From positions 4,712,662 through 4,776,661 of the forward strand of contig OZ241843.1 of assembly GCA_965202695.1 (NCBI GenBank): DNA of 64,000 nt, written 5' to 3'. The notes under the pieces are model-generated. The model did not search any database. It was given only the letters and a program-made list of their open reading frames with translations, and was not told the DNA's origin. Origin of the DNA: Vicinamibacterales bacterium. GTDB lineage: Bacteria; Acidobacteriota; Vicinamibacteria; Vicinamibacterales; UBA8438. A program made the position numbers and the translations under genes. This document shows, piece after piece, positions 38,017 through 46,532 of the stretch (the stretch's first letter is position 1; each line of letters opens with the position of its first letter).

Positions 38017-40200
38017 TCAGCGTGGCTCCGGGTGCTCGCGCCGGAAGGCGCGGTAGCGTTCGGCGATCTCCGGCAGGTCGTCGTCGACGATCTTCTCCCG
38101 GCGCCGCAACGTGCGCGTCACCGTCCGTCCGTTGCGGGTCACGGTTTCCGCTTCCTCCTTCACCACGACGATCTCCTCGCCCTCCGGCGAGCGCTTGTGC
38201 AGCGTGCCGCCGCGGCGGTCGAAGCCGACCTTCTCGGCCACGGCCATGAAGATCGGGTAGTCCGCCGGTCCGCCGAGCGCTTCGCGCTTGACCACCTCGT
38301 CCGGCTTCTTCTTCAGGAAGAGCAGGCTGGTCAGGATGTTGACGTTGGCCTCGACGATGAACGTCTCCACCGGCAGGTCCACGCTGGCCAGCACCCAAGC
38401 GCGTCGCAGGATCCACCAGCGGACGTACTCGGCGGCGGGGTTGCCGAGGATGCCGTCGGGCAGGACGATGCCCATGCGTCCGCCCGGCCGGAGCCAGTCG
38501 AGGCAGCGCTCGATGAACAGGACTTCCGGGGCCACGGCGCTCTGCAGCCGCCCGGTGTTCCGGAAGTGCCCGTCCTCCGTGCGTTCCCAGACGTGCGCCA
38601 GCTCGAACGGTTCGAGGATCCCCCTGTCGGTGATCGGGATGGCCGATCCGAAGGGCGGGTTGGTCATCACCACGTCGGCGGTCCCGAACTGGATCGCCCG
38701 GCGCGCGGAGCGCACGCCGGGGAGATGCCCCTTCGGAAACTCCAGCGCGTTCAGGTGGTACAGGTGCCCCTTGCCGTCGCCCGCCATCACCATGTTCATC
38801 TGGCTGGCCCGGACGAGGAACGGGTCGAAGTCGCAGCCGAAGACCTGCTTCTTCGCGTAGTCCCGCAACCGTTTCTGCAGCGATTCGAACTCTTCCGACG
38901 TTTCCGTCCCGGGACGGCCCCACGCTTCGTGCCGGAACCGCTCCATCCGGTGGGCGAGCGCGGCCACGAGGAACCCGGCCGTCCCGCACGCCGGATCCAG
39001 CACGCGCTCGTCCTCCCCGGGGTCGAGGATGGCGACGACGAGGCGGATCGCGCCGCGCGGCGTGAAGTACTGGCCGCGGTCGCCGCGCAGGTTGGCGCCG
39101 ACGATCTCCTGGTAGGCGGCCCCCTTGGCATCGACGTCGATGCGGCTGAACTCGTACTTCGACAGCTCCGAGATCATGAAGGCCAGCGCGCGGTCCGACA
39201 GCTTGATCTCCTCGCCGCCGTCGAAGATGGCGCGGTACTCCTGCTTCACCTCGTCGAAGAGCGGCGCGATCCGTGCCCGGATGGCGCGTCGGCCCGCATC
39301 GGTGAACTGCTCCTGCGGACCGGCCCAGAAGCGGCGCCGGTCTCGCCGCCGCGTCCGCTCGTCGGACATCTTGCAGAAGATGAGGTAGAGGAATTGCCAG
39401 AACGCGGCGTCCTTCGGCATCCCCTCGTTGCCGTGGATGAAATTGTGGCAGCGGCGGAACGCGATCCGCAGCATCTCCGGGTCGGCCCGGCGCGCCCGCG
39501 CCCGCGACAGCACGCCGCGGTCGTCGATCGACTCGTCGGCCGCCGGCCAGTCGCCGATCGGCTCGGCGTCCACCTGGAAACGCGTCGCCTTCTTCCGCAG
39601 GAAGAAGAACTCCAGGCCGTTGGTCCACAGCCCGTACCGGCAGACGTCGATCTCCTCGAAGAACGGCTTGATCTCGGCGATGTCCTTCGCGGCCTGCTCG
39701 TAGTCGCGCATCTTCACGGCGCCGCGCTTGTTCTGCTTCGGCTCGGGGCGGCAGACCACCACCCGCTGGAGATGCCCGGGCTCGTGCGGCTGCCCGGCGG
39801 CGAAGATCGCCAGATCCACCCGCCGCCGCCGGCCGCCGGCCGCGACCGGGAAGTCCGCTTCCATGTCGTCCACGGAGATCCCGTACTCGTGGTGCAGCGC
39901 GCGGGCGATCCGCTGGCGCACCTGCTCCCTGGGAGTCTCCTTGCGCGTCTTCGTGCCGGAGATGAAATCGAGAACGAAGCCGTCGCGGACGACGTCGGCG
40001 CCGGTCTCGTCGGCCTCGGTTCCCACCGTCGCGGCCGGCCCCGCGGCAACCGCAACGGTCTCGGCTTCCTCGGCGGCGGTCGTCACGGCGTTCGGTTCCG
40101 TCCCGGTCTCCGCGACGGAGGGCGGCATCGCCTGCGCAGCCGCGTTTCTGGCGCCGCGGCGCCGACGCGTTCCCGCCCTGGATGGGGACGACCCGCTCAT
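38017..40200 (-). CDS. N6-adenine DNA methyltransferase (HsdM-like) with an N-terminal HsdR_N-like domain
   Basis: Motif I VLDPACGTAGFL and motif IV MTNPPFG. The N-terminal block ETPREQVRQRIARALHHEYGISVDDMEADF..VDLAIF resembles the type I R-subunit N-terminal-like domain. Start chosen at ATG 40200 (alternative 40125). Confidence 0.88.
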   Translation of the reverse strand: MSGSSPSRAGTRRRRGARNAAAQAMPPSVAETGTEPNAVTTAAEEAETVAVAAGPAATVGTEADETGADVVRDGFVLDFISGTKTRKETPREQVRQRIARALHHEYGISVDDMEADFPVAAGGRRRRVDLAIFAAGQPHEPGHLQRVVVCRPEPKQNKRGAVKMRDYEQAAKDIAEIKPFFEEIDVCRYGLWTNGLEFFFLRKKATRFQVDAEPIGDWPAADESIDDRGVLSRARARRADPEMLRIAFRRCHNFIHGNEGMPKDAAFWQFLYLIFCKMSDERTRRRDRRRFWAGPQEQFTDAGRRAIRARIAPLFDEVKQEYRAIFDGGEEIKLSDRALAFMISELSKYEFSRIDVDAKGAAYQEIVGANLRGDRGQYFTPRGAIRLVVAILDPGEDERVLDPACGTAGFLVAALAHRMERFRHEAWGRPGTETSEEFESLQKRLRDYAKKQVFGCDFDPFLVRASQMNMVMAGDGKGHLYHLNALEFPKGHLPGVRSARRAIQFGTADVVMTNPPFGSAIPITDRGILEPFELAHVWERTEDGHFRNTGRLQSAVAPEVLFIERCLDWLRPGGRMGIVLPDGILGNPAAEYVRWWILRRAWVLASVDLPVETFIVEANVNILTSLLFLKKKPDEVVKREALGGPADYPIFMAVAEKVGFDRRGGTLHKRSPEGEEIVVVKEEAETVTRNGRTVTRTLRRREKIVDDDLPEIAERYRAFRREHPEPR

Positions 40201-40488
40201 CTGGCCACTCCCTGGCGCCCGCGCTCTGCCGCCGGCCGCTCCAACGGCCGATGTGCCGGCGACGGAACGGCCGCTGTCCACGAACCCCGGACGCCGAGTC
40301 CCCTCTTCCTGGCCAAGGTGCAGATGGTCTTCTCGGCTGCCGTTCAGGAGGCCCGCGACCTCCCGGAGCGTCAGAACGTCGTCCGAGGCAAGGCAACCCC
40401 GGTTCCGGCCAACTCCAATGGAGCCGGCGCCAAAGGGGGCGGATCGTACATCAAAGAGAGCTTGACCGCGGATCAGAGGCGTGTTAAG

Positions 40489-40500
40489 TGTTGCGCAACA
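40489..40500. promoter_or_regulatory. perfect 12-bp palindrome TGTTGCGCAACA, candidate operator in the divergent HTH/methyltransferase promoter region
   Basis: It lies 28 nt upstream of the HTH GTG start, inside an AT-richer 330-bp divergent intergenic region. Confidence 0.45.
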
Positions 40501-40527
40501 TGCAAATCCGGGGAGGAGCACAGCGTC

Positions 40528-40905
40528 GTGGCCGGGACCTTCGGTGAGACGATCCGGGAAATGCGGCAGGCGCAGCGGATGGGCCTGCGCGCCGCCGCGG
40601 ACCGTCTCGGGATCTCGCCCGCCTACCTCAGCCGCATCGAGCGGGGCCGGGAGCGCCCGCCGAAGCCGGACCTGGTGAAGCGGCTGACGGCTCTCCTCGG
40701 CGGCGACTCGGACCTGCTGTTCCGACTCGCGGAGAGCACCGACCCGGACCTCGCGGAGTACGTGCGCAGCGTTCCGAACGTGCCCGAGTTCCTGCGCACG
40801 GCCCGGGCGATGAAACTGACGTCGGACGACTTCGCGGCGCTGATCGAGGACGTGAAGCGGCGCCGGCCGTCGGAAGCGGCGCGCACGACGGGCGCCGGCG
40901 TGTGA
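40528..40905 (+). CDS. Xre-family helix-turn-helix regulator (controller-like)
   Basis: GGAGGAG RBS 9 nt before the GTG at 40528. HTH sequence IREMRQAQRMGLRAAADRLGISPAYLSRIERG. Transcribed divergently from the methyltransferase. Confidence 0.8.
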   Translation: MAGTFGETIREMRQAQRMGLRAAADRLGISPAYLSRIERGRERPPKPDLVKRLTALLGGDSDLLFRLAESTDPDLAEYVRSVPNVPEFLRTARAMKLTSDDFAALIEDVKRRRPSEAARTTGAGV

Positions 40906-40930
40906 GCGACTGGAAGAAGGAGAACGTCAC

Positions 40931-41329
40931 ATGAAACCGGGGTGGAAACTCTTGCCGTCGGTGCTGGCCGTGGGCATGGCCGCGGCGGCCGCGGGACCGG
41001 CGCACGCCGCGCAGGCCGGCGCCGAACCGGTGGTCCTCCGTTGGGTGGGGACCACCGCGCACGCCTGGGGGGCCTGGGTCCCGGCCGGCGCCGCCGTCGA
41101 AGACTGGGTCGATCAGGCCGTCGCGCTGTGCGCCGGCGAGGACTTCTGCGAGGTCGGCGTCTTCGAGGGGCCCGAGCACGCGACGCACGAGTTTCCGGTG
41201 CCCGAGGCGAACCGGGCCGGCCTGAAGTGGGTCCTGCGCTACCGGGGCGGCGGGAAGCCTCGCGTCAAGGTCGAAGAGGCGCGGCCCGAGCCGGGACGCG
41301 AGCCCCGCACGTGGACCTTCGATCGGTAG
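40931..41329 (+). CDS. small secreted hypothetical protein
   Basis: AGGAG RBS and signal peptide MKPGWKLLPSVLAVGMAAAAAGPAHA. Confidence 0.65.
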   Translation: MKPGWKLLPSVLAVGMAAAAAGPAHAAQAGAEPVVLRWVGTTAHAWGAWVPAGAAVEDWVDQAVALCAGEDFCEVGVFEGPEHATHEFPVPEANRAGLKWVLRYRGGGKPRVKVEEARPEPGREPRTWTFDR

Positions 41330-41349
41330 GGGTGCACTGCCCCGGGGCC

Positions 41350-41530
41350 GTCACGCGGGACCGGCGGTTCGGCGTATGATCCGGCTCGGTCGTGACCCCC
41401 CGGCCGTGACCGGAACATTCAGATCGTGCGCGGCGGCCGCGCCCTCATGATCCGGCTCGGCCGTGACTCCCCCCGGCCGTGACTCCCCCGGCCGGTCACG
41501 CGGGACCGGCGGTTCGGCGTATGATCCGGC
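41350..41530. repeat. composite intergenic direct-repeat cluster
   Basis: A perfect 36-bp repeat GTCACGCGGGACCGGCGGTTCGGCGTATGATCCGGC at 41350-41385 and 41495-41530. In addition, ATGATCCGGCTCGG(T/C)CGTGAC.CCCC.GGCCGTGAC occurs twice between them. Confidence 0.9.
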
Positions 41531-41610
41531 CGACTGGCGTCGGCGCCCGGCTCCGCGGGCGGTCCGGCGCCGGCTGTTCGCCGGTCGGTACTCGACCCCG
41601 AGAGGGCTGC

Positions 41611-42105
41611 ATGTCGAAGACGACGCGGTGGTTCGTCATCGGTGCGGCGGCCGCCGTCCTGGCGGCCGCGGCCTACGCGTTCACGGCGCCCTACGAGCGC
41701 TTCCCCGGCGTGCTGATCGGCGGCGCGTCGACGCCGCCGCCCGCCGACTGGAACACGGTGAACGACCACGGGGTGGTGCTGATGAAGCTCGCCGGGTTCC
41801 CCCCGTTCGTCATCCGCATCGTGTACTCGACGGACGCGGGGGGCGTCATCACCGCCACCCGGCCCGACGGCGGCTACTGGGCCGGGCGGGTGCGGAGCGG
41901 GCGGCGGAACGGATGGATCCGCCTCGGCGACGCGACCTACGCGCTCGCCGCGACCGAGATCGTCGGCGACGAGCGGATCCCCTATCTCGAGAACTACGGC
42001 GCGAAGAACGGGATGCGCATGGGGTACGACTTCGACGGCGATATCGTCCCCGGCGTGAACGAACCCCTCCACACGTGGGAAGTGTTCTACTGGACGCCCC
42101 GGTAG
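41611..42105 (+). CDS. membrane-anchored hypothetical protein
   Basis: The start MSKTTRWFVIGAAAAVLAAAAYAF forms an N-terminal TM anchor. Composition is normal. Confidence 0.6.
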   Translation: MSKTTRWFVIGAAAAVLAAAAYAFTAPYERFPGVLIGGASTPPPADWNTVNDHGVVLMKLAGFPPFVIRIVYSTDAGGVITATRPDGGYWAGRVRSGRRNGWIRLGDATYALAATEIVGDERIPYLENYGAKNGMRMGYDFDGDIVPGVNEPLHTWEVFYWTPR

Positions 42106-42113
42106 CCCGTTCA

Positions 42114-42216
42114 CCGGGCGCCGGGTGCGCCCCGCCCATCCGGGGGCGGGCCGCCGCCGCCCCCTCATACGCCCGCGCCGTTCCCCCGGGCGCCGGGTGC
42201 GCCCCGCCCATCCGGG
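42114..42216. repeat. 31-bp perfect direct repeat, two copies 72 bp apart
   Basis: CCGGGCGCCGGGTGCGCCCCGCCCATCCGGG at 42114-42144 and 42186-42216. Confidence 0.9.
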
Positions 42217-42293
42217 TCACGACGTCCCATCGGCGCTCAGCGTCCGGTCATCGCCCGGCGCCGGCGCACACCGCCCCTGCCCCGGCGCCGCGG

Positions 42294-43361
42294 TCACTGC
42301 TGGCCCTCGGCCTCCTGCCGCTCCAGGTTGCGGTAGACCTCCTGGATGTGCCGGATGTCGTGGTTGCCCTCGTGGCAGGCGTACTCGTACATCGGCCCCT
42401 CGGTGGCGGTCATCGGGATCTCGGCGCTCCACGGCCGGTCCCAGGTGGCGGGGTCCTCCACCGTGAAGGTGTAGTGGATGCTGTCGTCGGCGGTCCGGGT
42501 GAATCGTTCGACCACCTGGAGGTCGCGGCTCGACCCCTGCCACGCGGACTTGTCGTTGAAGTGGGTGCTCTCGACGACGAGGGTGTCGCCCTCCCAGCGC
42601 CCGCGCGAGTCGCCCGGCCACTGGCGGATGTTCCCGGACATGGCCGGCCGCCCGTCGACGGGGATGATGCGCGGCGGGTTGGTGCTCTGCTCGGTGAAGA
42701 TCACGACGTGCGCCGGGGTCTGGAATATCTGGTGGATGTCGTTGTACGAGGGCGGCTGCAGCGGCGGAGCGTTGTAGCGGTAGTTGAGGCAGCGCTCGCT
42801 GTGCGGGCGCAGCTCGTAGCCGTCGAAGGCCCCCCGGTCGCCGCGCGCGGCGCGCCGCTCCGCCGCCCGGGCCAGGGCCCGTTCGTTGCGCGGGGGGATG
42901 CGGCCGTTCGGCGGGTCGACGATCAGCGACGTGCGCCGGGTCGACAGCCCCTTCGGCACCGTGGTGCCGAGCCAGATGGCGTTGTCGTAGTGGACGTAGG
43001 TCTCGTCGCGGTGGGACTGGTCGAGGACCCGCGCGCGTTCCTCGGGGTCGGCGATTTCGATGACGAAGCGGGCCAGGGGGTCGGCCCCGTCGACCGTCAG
43101 TTGCGACTGGAGCAGCGCGAACTCCTCCTCGCTGTAGAACGCCTGGTCGCCCAGGTGGTCGGGGCGCTCCATCGGGGTGAACGTCTGGGTGGTCCAGTAG
43201 CCCTGCAGGTCGGGCTGGCCGTCGGCCAGGCGGGGCATCTCCCAGCCCGCGTCTGCGGCCGGGGCGCTCTGCGACCGGCTCTGCGCGGACGCCGGCCCGG
43301 AGGCGAGCAGGGCGGCCGCGAGCGCCGTGGCGACCGTTCGAAGACGATGGTCCATTCTCAA
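42294..43361 (-). CDS. secreted hypothetical protein
   Basis: Signal peptide (..ATALAAALLASGPASAQS). Well-behaved composition through to the C-terminal YACHEGNHD. Confidence 0.7.
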   Translation of the reverse strand: MRMDHRLRTVATALAAALLASGPASAQSRSQSAPAADAGWEMPRLADGQPDLQGYWTTQTFTPMERPDHLGDQAFYSEEEFALLQSQLTVDGADPLARFVIEIADPEERARVLDQSHRDETYVHYDNAIWLGTTVPKGLSTRRTSLIVDPPNGRIPPRNERALARAAERRAARGDRGAFDGYELRPHSERCLNYRYNAPPLQPPSYNDIHQIFQTPAHVVIFTEQSTNPPRIIPVDGRPAMSGNIRQWPGDSRGRWEGDTLVVESTHFNDKSAWQGSSRDLQVVERFTRTADDSIHYTFTVEDPATWDRPWSAEIPMTATEGPMYEYACHEGNHDIRHIQEVYRNLERQEAEGQQ

Positions 43362-43668
43362 ACCCTCCCTGGGAGGCTGCCGTCGTGGGAATCCCGAGAC
43401 GGTCCATCATCGCTCAGGTCCCCGGCCGTCCGCAAGCCCCCGCCGCGGGCCGGATCGACCGGCCGCCCGCCCGCGCCGCGCCGCCCGGGTGGCCGCGACG
43501 ACGGCCTCCGACCCGCGAACGACCCTTGCCCCCCCGCGGTCCGGCGGCGGGCGCCGCGCGGGAGACGGCGCCGGGTTCCGCCCGCGGCCAGGCGGACGTC
43601 CCGGGTTCCTCCCCCGGCATCGGGTCGGTGCTACGATCGACGCCACGCAGCATAAAGGAGACGACCTC

Positions 43669-44697
43669 ATGACCATCGAACGCCCCGCCCCCGGCGCGCG
43701 CGCCGCGCTGTTTCTCGCGGCCGTGCTGGCCCTCGCGCCGGCCGCGGTCTCCGCGCAGTCCCATCGTCCGCCGCCGGAACCGCCGGCCGAATGGGGGCCG
43801 ATCTCGATCAACCTGGAGGGTTTCGAGTACCCGCACCCCGTCGAGTTCATGAACTTCCGGGTCTTCGGCCAGGACGTGCGCATCGCCTACATGGACGTCG
43901 CGCCGACGGGGCCGGCGAACGGCCGCGCCGTCGTCCTGCACCACGGGGGCAGCTACTACGGCTGGTACTGGAAGAGCCAGATCGAGGCCCTCGCCGGCGC
44001 CGGCTACCGGGTCGTCGTGAAGGACCGGCTCGGCTGGGGGAAGTCGTCGAAGCCGGTCCTGCCGTACAGCATGAGCCTGCACGCCTCGAACACGGCCCGG
44101 CTCATGGACCACCTGGGCATCGCCGAGGCGGCCATCGTCGGACACTCCATCGGCGGACAGATGGCGACCCGGGTCGCCTTCCTCTATCCCGAGAGGACGA
44201 CGCATCTGGTCACCATCAACCAGGTCGGCCTGACCGACAACCGCCCCGGGCGCGGGTTCCGCCCCTTCGACGGCGCGATCGACGCCGACCCCGACCTGCA
44301 GGCGGCCTACGAGGCGGACGTGCGCACCGACACCCGGCGCTACGTCGACTGGCGGCCGGAGTTCATCGACCACCTGCGCATCCGCCACGGCCAGCGGCTG
44401 AGCGGCGACTGGCCGCGGCTCGCCTACGTGCGCCGGCTCGGCGGCAACCTGCGCTCGATGGACACGGTGGTCAACGACTGGCCCCACGTCCGGGCGAAGA
44501 CCCTGATCCTCGGCGGCGAGGTCGACGGGCCGGACTTCCCCGCGAACGCCCGCCGGGCGGCGGAGATCCTGCCCCGCGGCGAGGTCTTCCTCATCCCCGG
44601 CGTCGGCCACAACCCCCACGAGGAAGTGCCCGACGTGGTCAACGCCGAGCTGATCCGCTTCCTCGGCGCCGACCCGGCCCCGCCGGCGGGGAAATGA
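43669..44697 (+). CDS. secreted alpha/beta hydrolase
   Basis: AAGGAG RBS, a signal peptide, the HHGG oxyanion region, and the nucleophile elbow GHSIGG. Confidence 0.85.
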   Translation: MTIERPAPGARAALFLAAVLALAPAAVSAQSHRPPPEPPAEWGPISINLEGFEYPHPVEFMNFRVFGQDVRIAYMDVAPTGPANGRAVVLHHGGSYYGWYWKSQIEALAGAGYRVVVKDRLGWGKSSKPVLPYSMSLHASNTARLMDHLGIAEAAIVGHSIGGQMATRVAFLYPERTTHLVTINQVGLTDNRPGRGFRPFDGAIDADPDLQAAYEADVRTDTRRYVDWRPEFIDHLRIRHGQRLSGDWPRLAYVRRLGGNLRSMDTVVNDWPHVRAKTLILGGEVDGPDFPANARRAAEILPRGEVFLIPGVGHNPHEEVPDVVNAELIRFLGADPAPPAGK

Positions 44698-45860
44698 AGG
44701 ATGGCCGTAACCCGCCGCAACGCCTGACGCAGAGAAAGGAGCGGACCGCCTTGGCTGAAATCCACCGCACACGTCCCGCCGCGCCCCCGGCCCTCTCGCG
44801 GCGGCGCTTCGTCGGCCGGACCGCCGCCGCGATCGCCGCGGCGCCCTTCGTCCGGTCCCTGGCCGCGCTCGCGCAACCCACCGTGCGGCCGGCGCCGGGC
44901 ATGCCCGCGCCGCGCTTCGTGACCGCCAACGGCCTCCGGATGGCGGCGTACGAACGGGGAGAGGGGCTGCCGGTCGTGTTCGTGCACGGTTTCCCCGAGC
45001 TCGCGTACTCGTGGCGCAACCAGTTCCGCTCGTATCCGGCCGCCGGCCTGCGCGCCATCGCGCCCGACATGCGCGGCTACGGGCTGACCGACCGGCCGCC
45101 GGACGTCGCGGGATACGCCGTTCCGAACCTCTGCGCGGACCTCGTCGGGCTGCTCGACGCGCTCGACGTCGAGCGGGCCGTCTTCTGCGGCCACGACTGG
45201 GGCGGAGCGGCGGTCTGGTCGATGCCGCGGCTCCACCCCGACCGGGTCCTCGGCGTCATCGGCGTGAACACGCCCGCGTTCGGCGGCCCCCCGCCGAGCC
45301 CGCCGGCCGAAGATCCGCTGATCGTCCTGACCGAGAACTACTACGCCGCGACGTTCCTCGAGCCGGGCCGCGCCGAGGCGGTCCTTTCGCGCGACGTGCG
45401 GCGGGCGCTGGAGATGATCTTCCGGCGGGGATGGTACTGGGACGTCGAGAACATGCGCCGGTACCCGCCCGACTCGGCCGAGAAGACGATGGACATGCTG
45501 CGGATGATCGAGGAGGGCGACTACCAGGGCGAGCTGATCCTGCCCGACGACGTCCTCGACTACTGGGTGGAGACGTTCGAGGCGACCGGGTTCACCGGGG
45601 GCCTCAGCTACTACCGGGCCAACATGGGGGGCGGGGCCGCGCCTCCGCCTCTCGGCGACATCGACGTGCCGTGCCTCTACGTCGGGGCCGAGAACGACAC
45701 GATACTGCGCCCGTCCTCGTCCGACGGCATGCCGTCGTTCATCCCCGACCTGGAGCGCCACGTCATCGCCGACTGCGGCCACTGGACGCAGCAGGAGAAG
45801 CCCGACGAGTTCGACCGCGTGACCCTCGACTGGATCCGCCGGAAGTTCCAGGACGCCTGA
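44694..45860 (+). CDS. alpha/beta hydrolase, epoxide hydrolase/haloalkane dehalogenase-like, Tat signal
   Basis: SRRRFVG twin-arginine motif, VHGFPELAYSWRNQ, and nucleophile GHDWGG. The start is uncertain (ATGA overlap with the upstream gene). Confidence 0.8.
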   Translation: MKDGRNPPQRLTQRKERTALAEIHRTRPAAPPALSRRRFVGRTAAAIAAAPFVRSLAALAQPTVRPAPGMPAPRFVTANGLRMAAYERGEGLPVVFVHGFPELAYSWRNQFRSYPAAGLRAIAPDMRGYGLTDRPPDVAGYAVPNLCADLVGLLDALDVERAVFCGHDWGGAAVWSMPRLHPDRVLGVIGVNTPAFGGPPPSPPAEDPLIVLTENYYAATFLEPGRAEAVLSRDVRRALEMIFRRGWYWDVENMRRYPPDSAEKTMDMLRMIEEGDYQGELILPDDVLDYWVETFEATGFTGGLSYYRANMGGGAAPPPLGDIDVPCLYVGAENDTILRPSSSDGMPSFIPDLERHVIADCGHWTQQEKPDEFDRVTLDWIRRKFQDA

Positions 45861-45944
45861 CGGCGAGGAGGAGGAGAAGGAGAGCAGGAAAGGCGGGGCG
45901 GCCAGCGCGCTGGCCACCCCCCGGACCGCCGGCCGCGGGCGGTT

Positions 45945-46532
45945 CTACAGCCCGCGGATCAGCACGTTGCGGAACTTCACGACCCCTGCGCCGTACTGCA
46001 GGGCGATGGGTCCCGAGGCGAACTGGGAGTCTTCGACGTCGACCATCTGCTCGCCGTTCAGCCACACCCGCAGCCGGGGCCCCTCGGCGACGATCTCGTA
46101 GGTGTTCCACCGGCCGGGGCTGTCCACGTGACCGGCCGGGGCCGCGAGGTGGACGATGCCGCCGGTGCGGTAGGTCTGGTCCGCGCGCGTGTCGTAGATG
46201 TTGACCTCGTAGGAGTTGCGGTCGTTCACGCTCGCGGGGTCGGCGCAGCGGATGAAGACGCCGCTGTTCGCGGGTTCGTCCACCCAGTACTGCAGGACCA
46301 GCTCGAAGTCGCCGTAGGACACCGGGGTCACGAGGAACCCGGACCCGCTGTCGGCCTGCACGGCGCCGTCGGCGAGCGTCCAGTTGGCGTCGCCGATCGG
46401 GTTCCAGCCGTCGAGGGTCGAGCCGTCGAGCAGCGTGGTCCAGCCGGGGGCCTGGGCCGACGCCGGGGCGGCGGAGGTGCCGAGGGCGGCGGCGGTGAAG
46501 AGGGCGAGGGCGAAAGCGGTCGTGCGTCTCAT
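45945..46532 (-). CDS. DUF1080 (3-keto-disaccharide hydrolase-like) secreted protein
   Basis: Signal peptide, then GW..L.DG..LDGW, Y.DFEL, NSGVFIR, and C-terminal IALQYGAGVVKFRNVLIRGL. Confidence 0.85.
   Translation of the reverse strand: MRRTTAFALALFTAAALGTSAAPASAQAPGWTTLLDGSTLDGWNPIGDANWTLADGAVQADSGSGFLVTPVSYGDFELVLQYWVDEPANSGVFIRCADPASVNDRNSYEVNIYDTRADQTYRTGGIVHLAAPAGHVDSPGRWNTYEIVAEGPRLRVWLNGEQMVDVEDSQFASGPIALQYGAGVVKFRNVLIRGL

Noticed and set aside
37693-40527. The upstream 945 codons of the 1070-aa plus-strand ORF 37693..40905
   Set aside because: This is antisense to the methyltransferase. Only the last 125 codons, after a GGAGGAG RBS and a GTG, encode a credible HTH protein.
22716-40905. 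Classifying the locus as a canonical type I R-M system or as BREX type 2 / Pgl
   Set aside because: No HsdR-like helicase-nuclease is present, which rules out type I. No PglZ alkaline-phosphatase-like or BrxC/PglY-type gene is recognisable, and the MTase is HsdM-like rather than PglX-like, which rules out BREX/Pgl. Only the kinase theme is shared with Pgl.
41350-41530. The repeat clusters here, and the 125-bp repeats at 55821..56195, as CRISPR arrays
   Set aside because: Each has only two or three copies. There are no regularly sized unique spacers and no cas genes. The 125-bp units are a gene 3' end duplicated in tandem.
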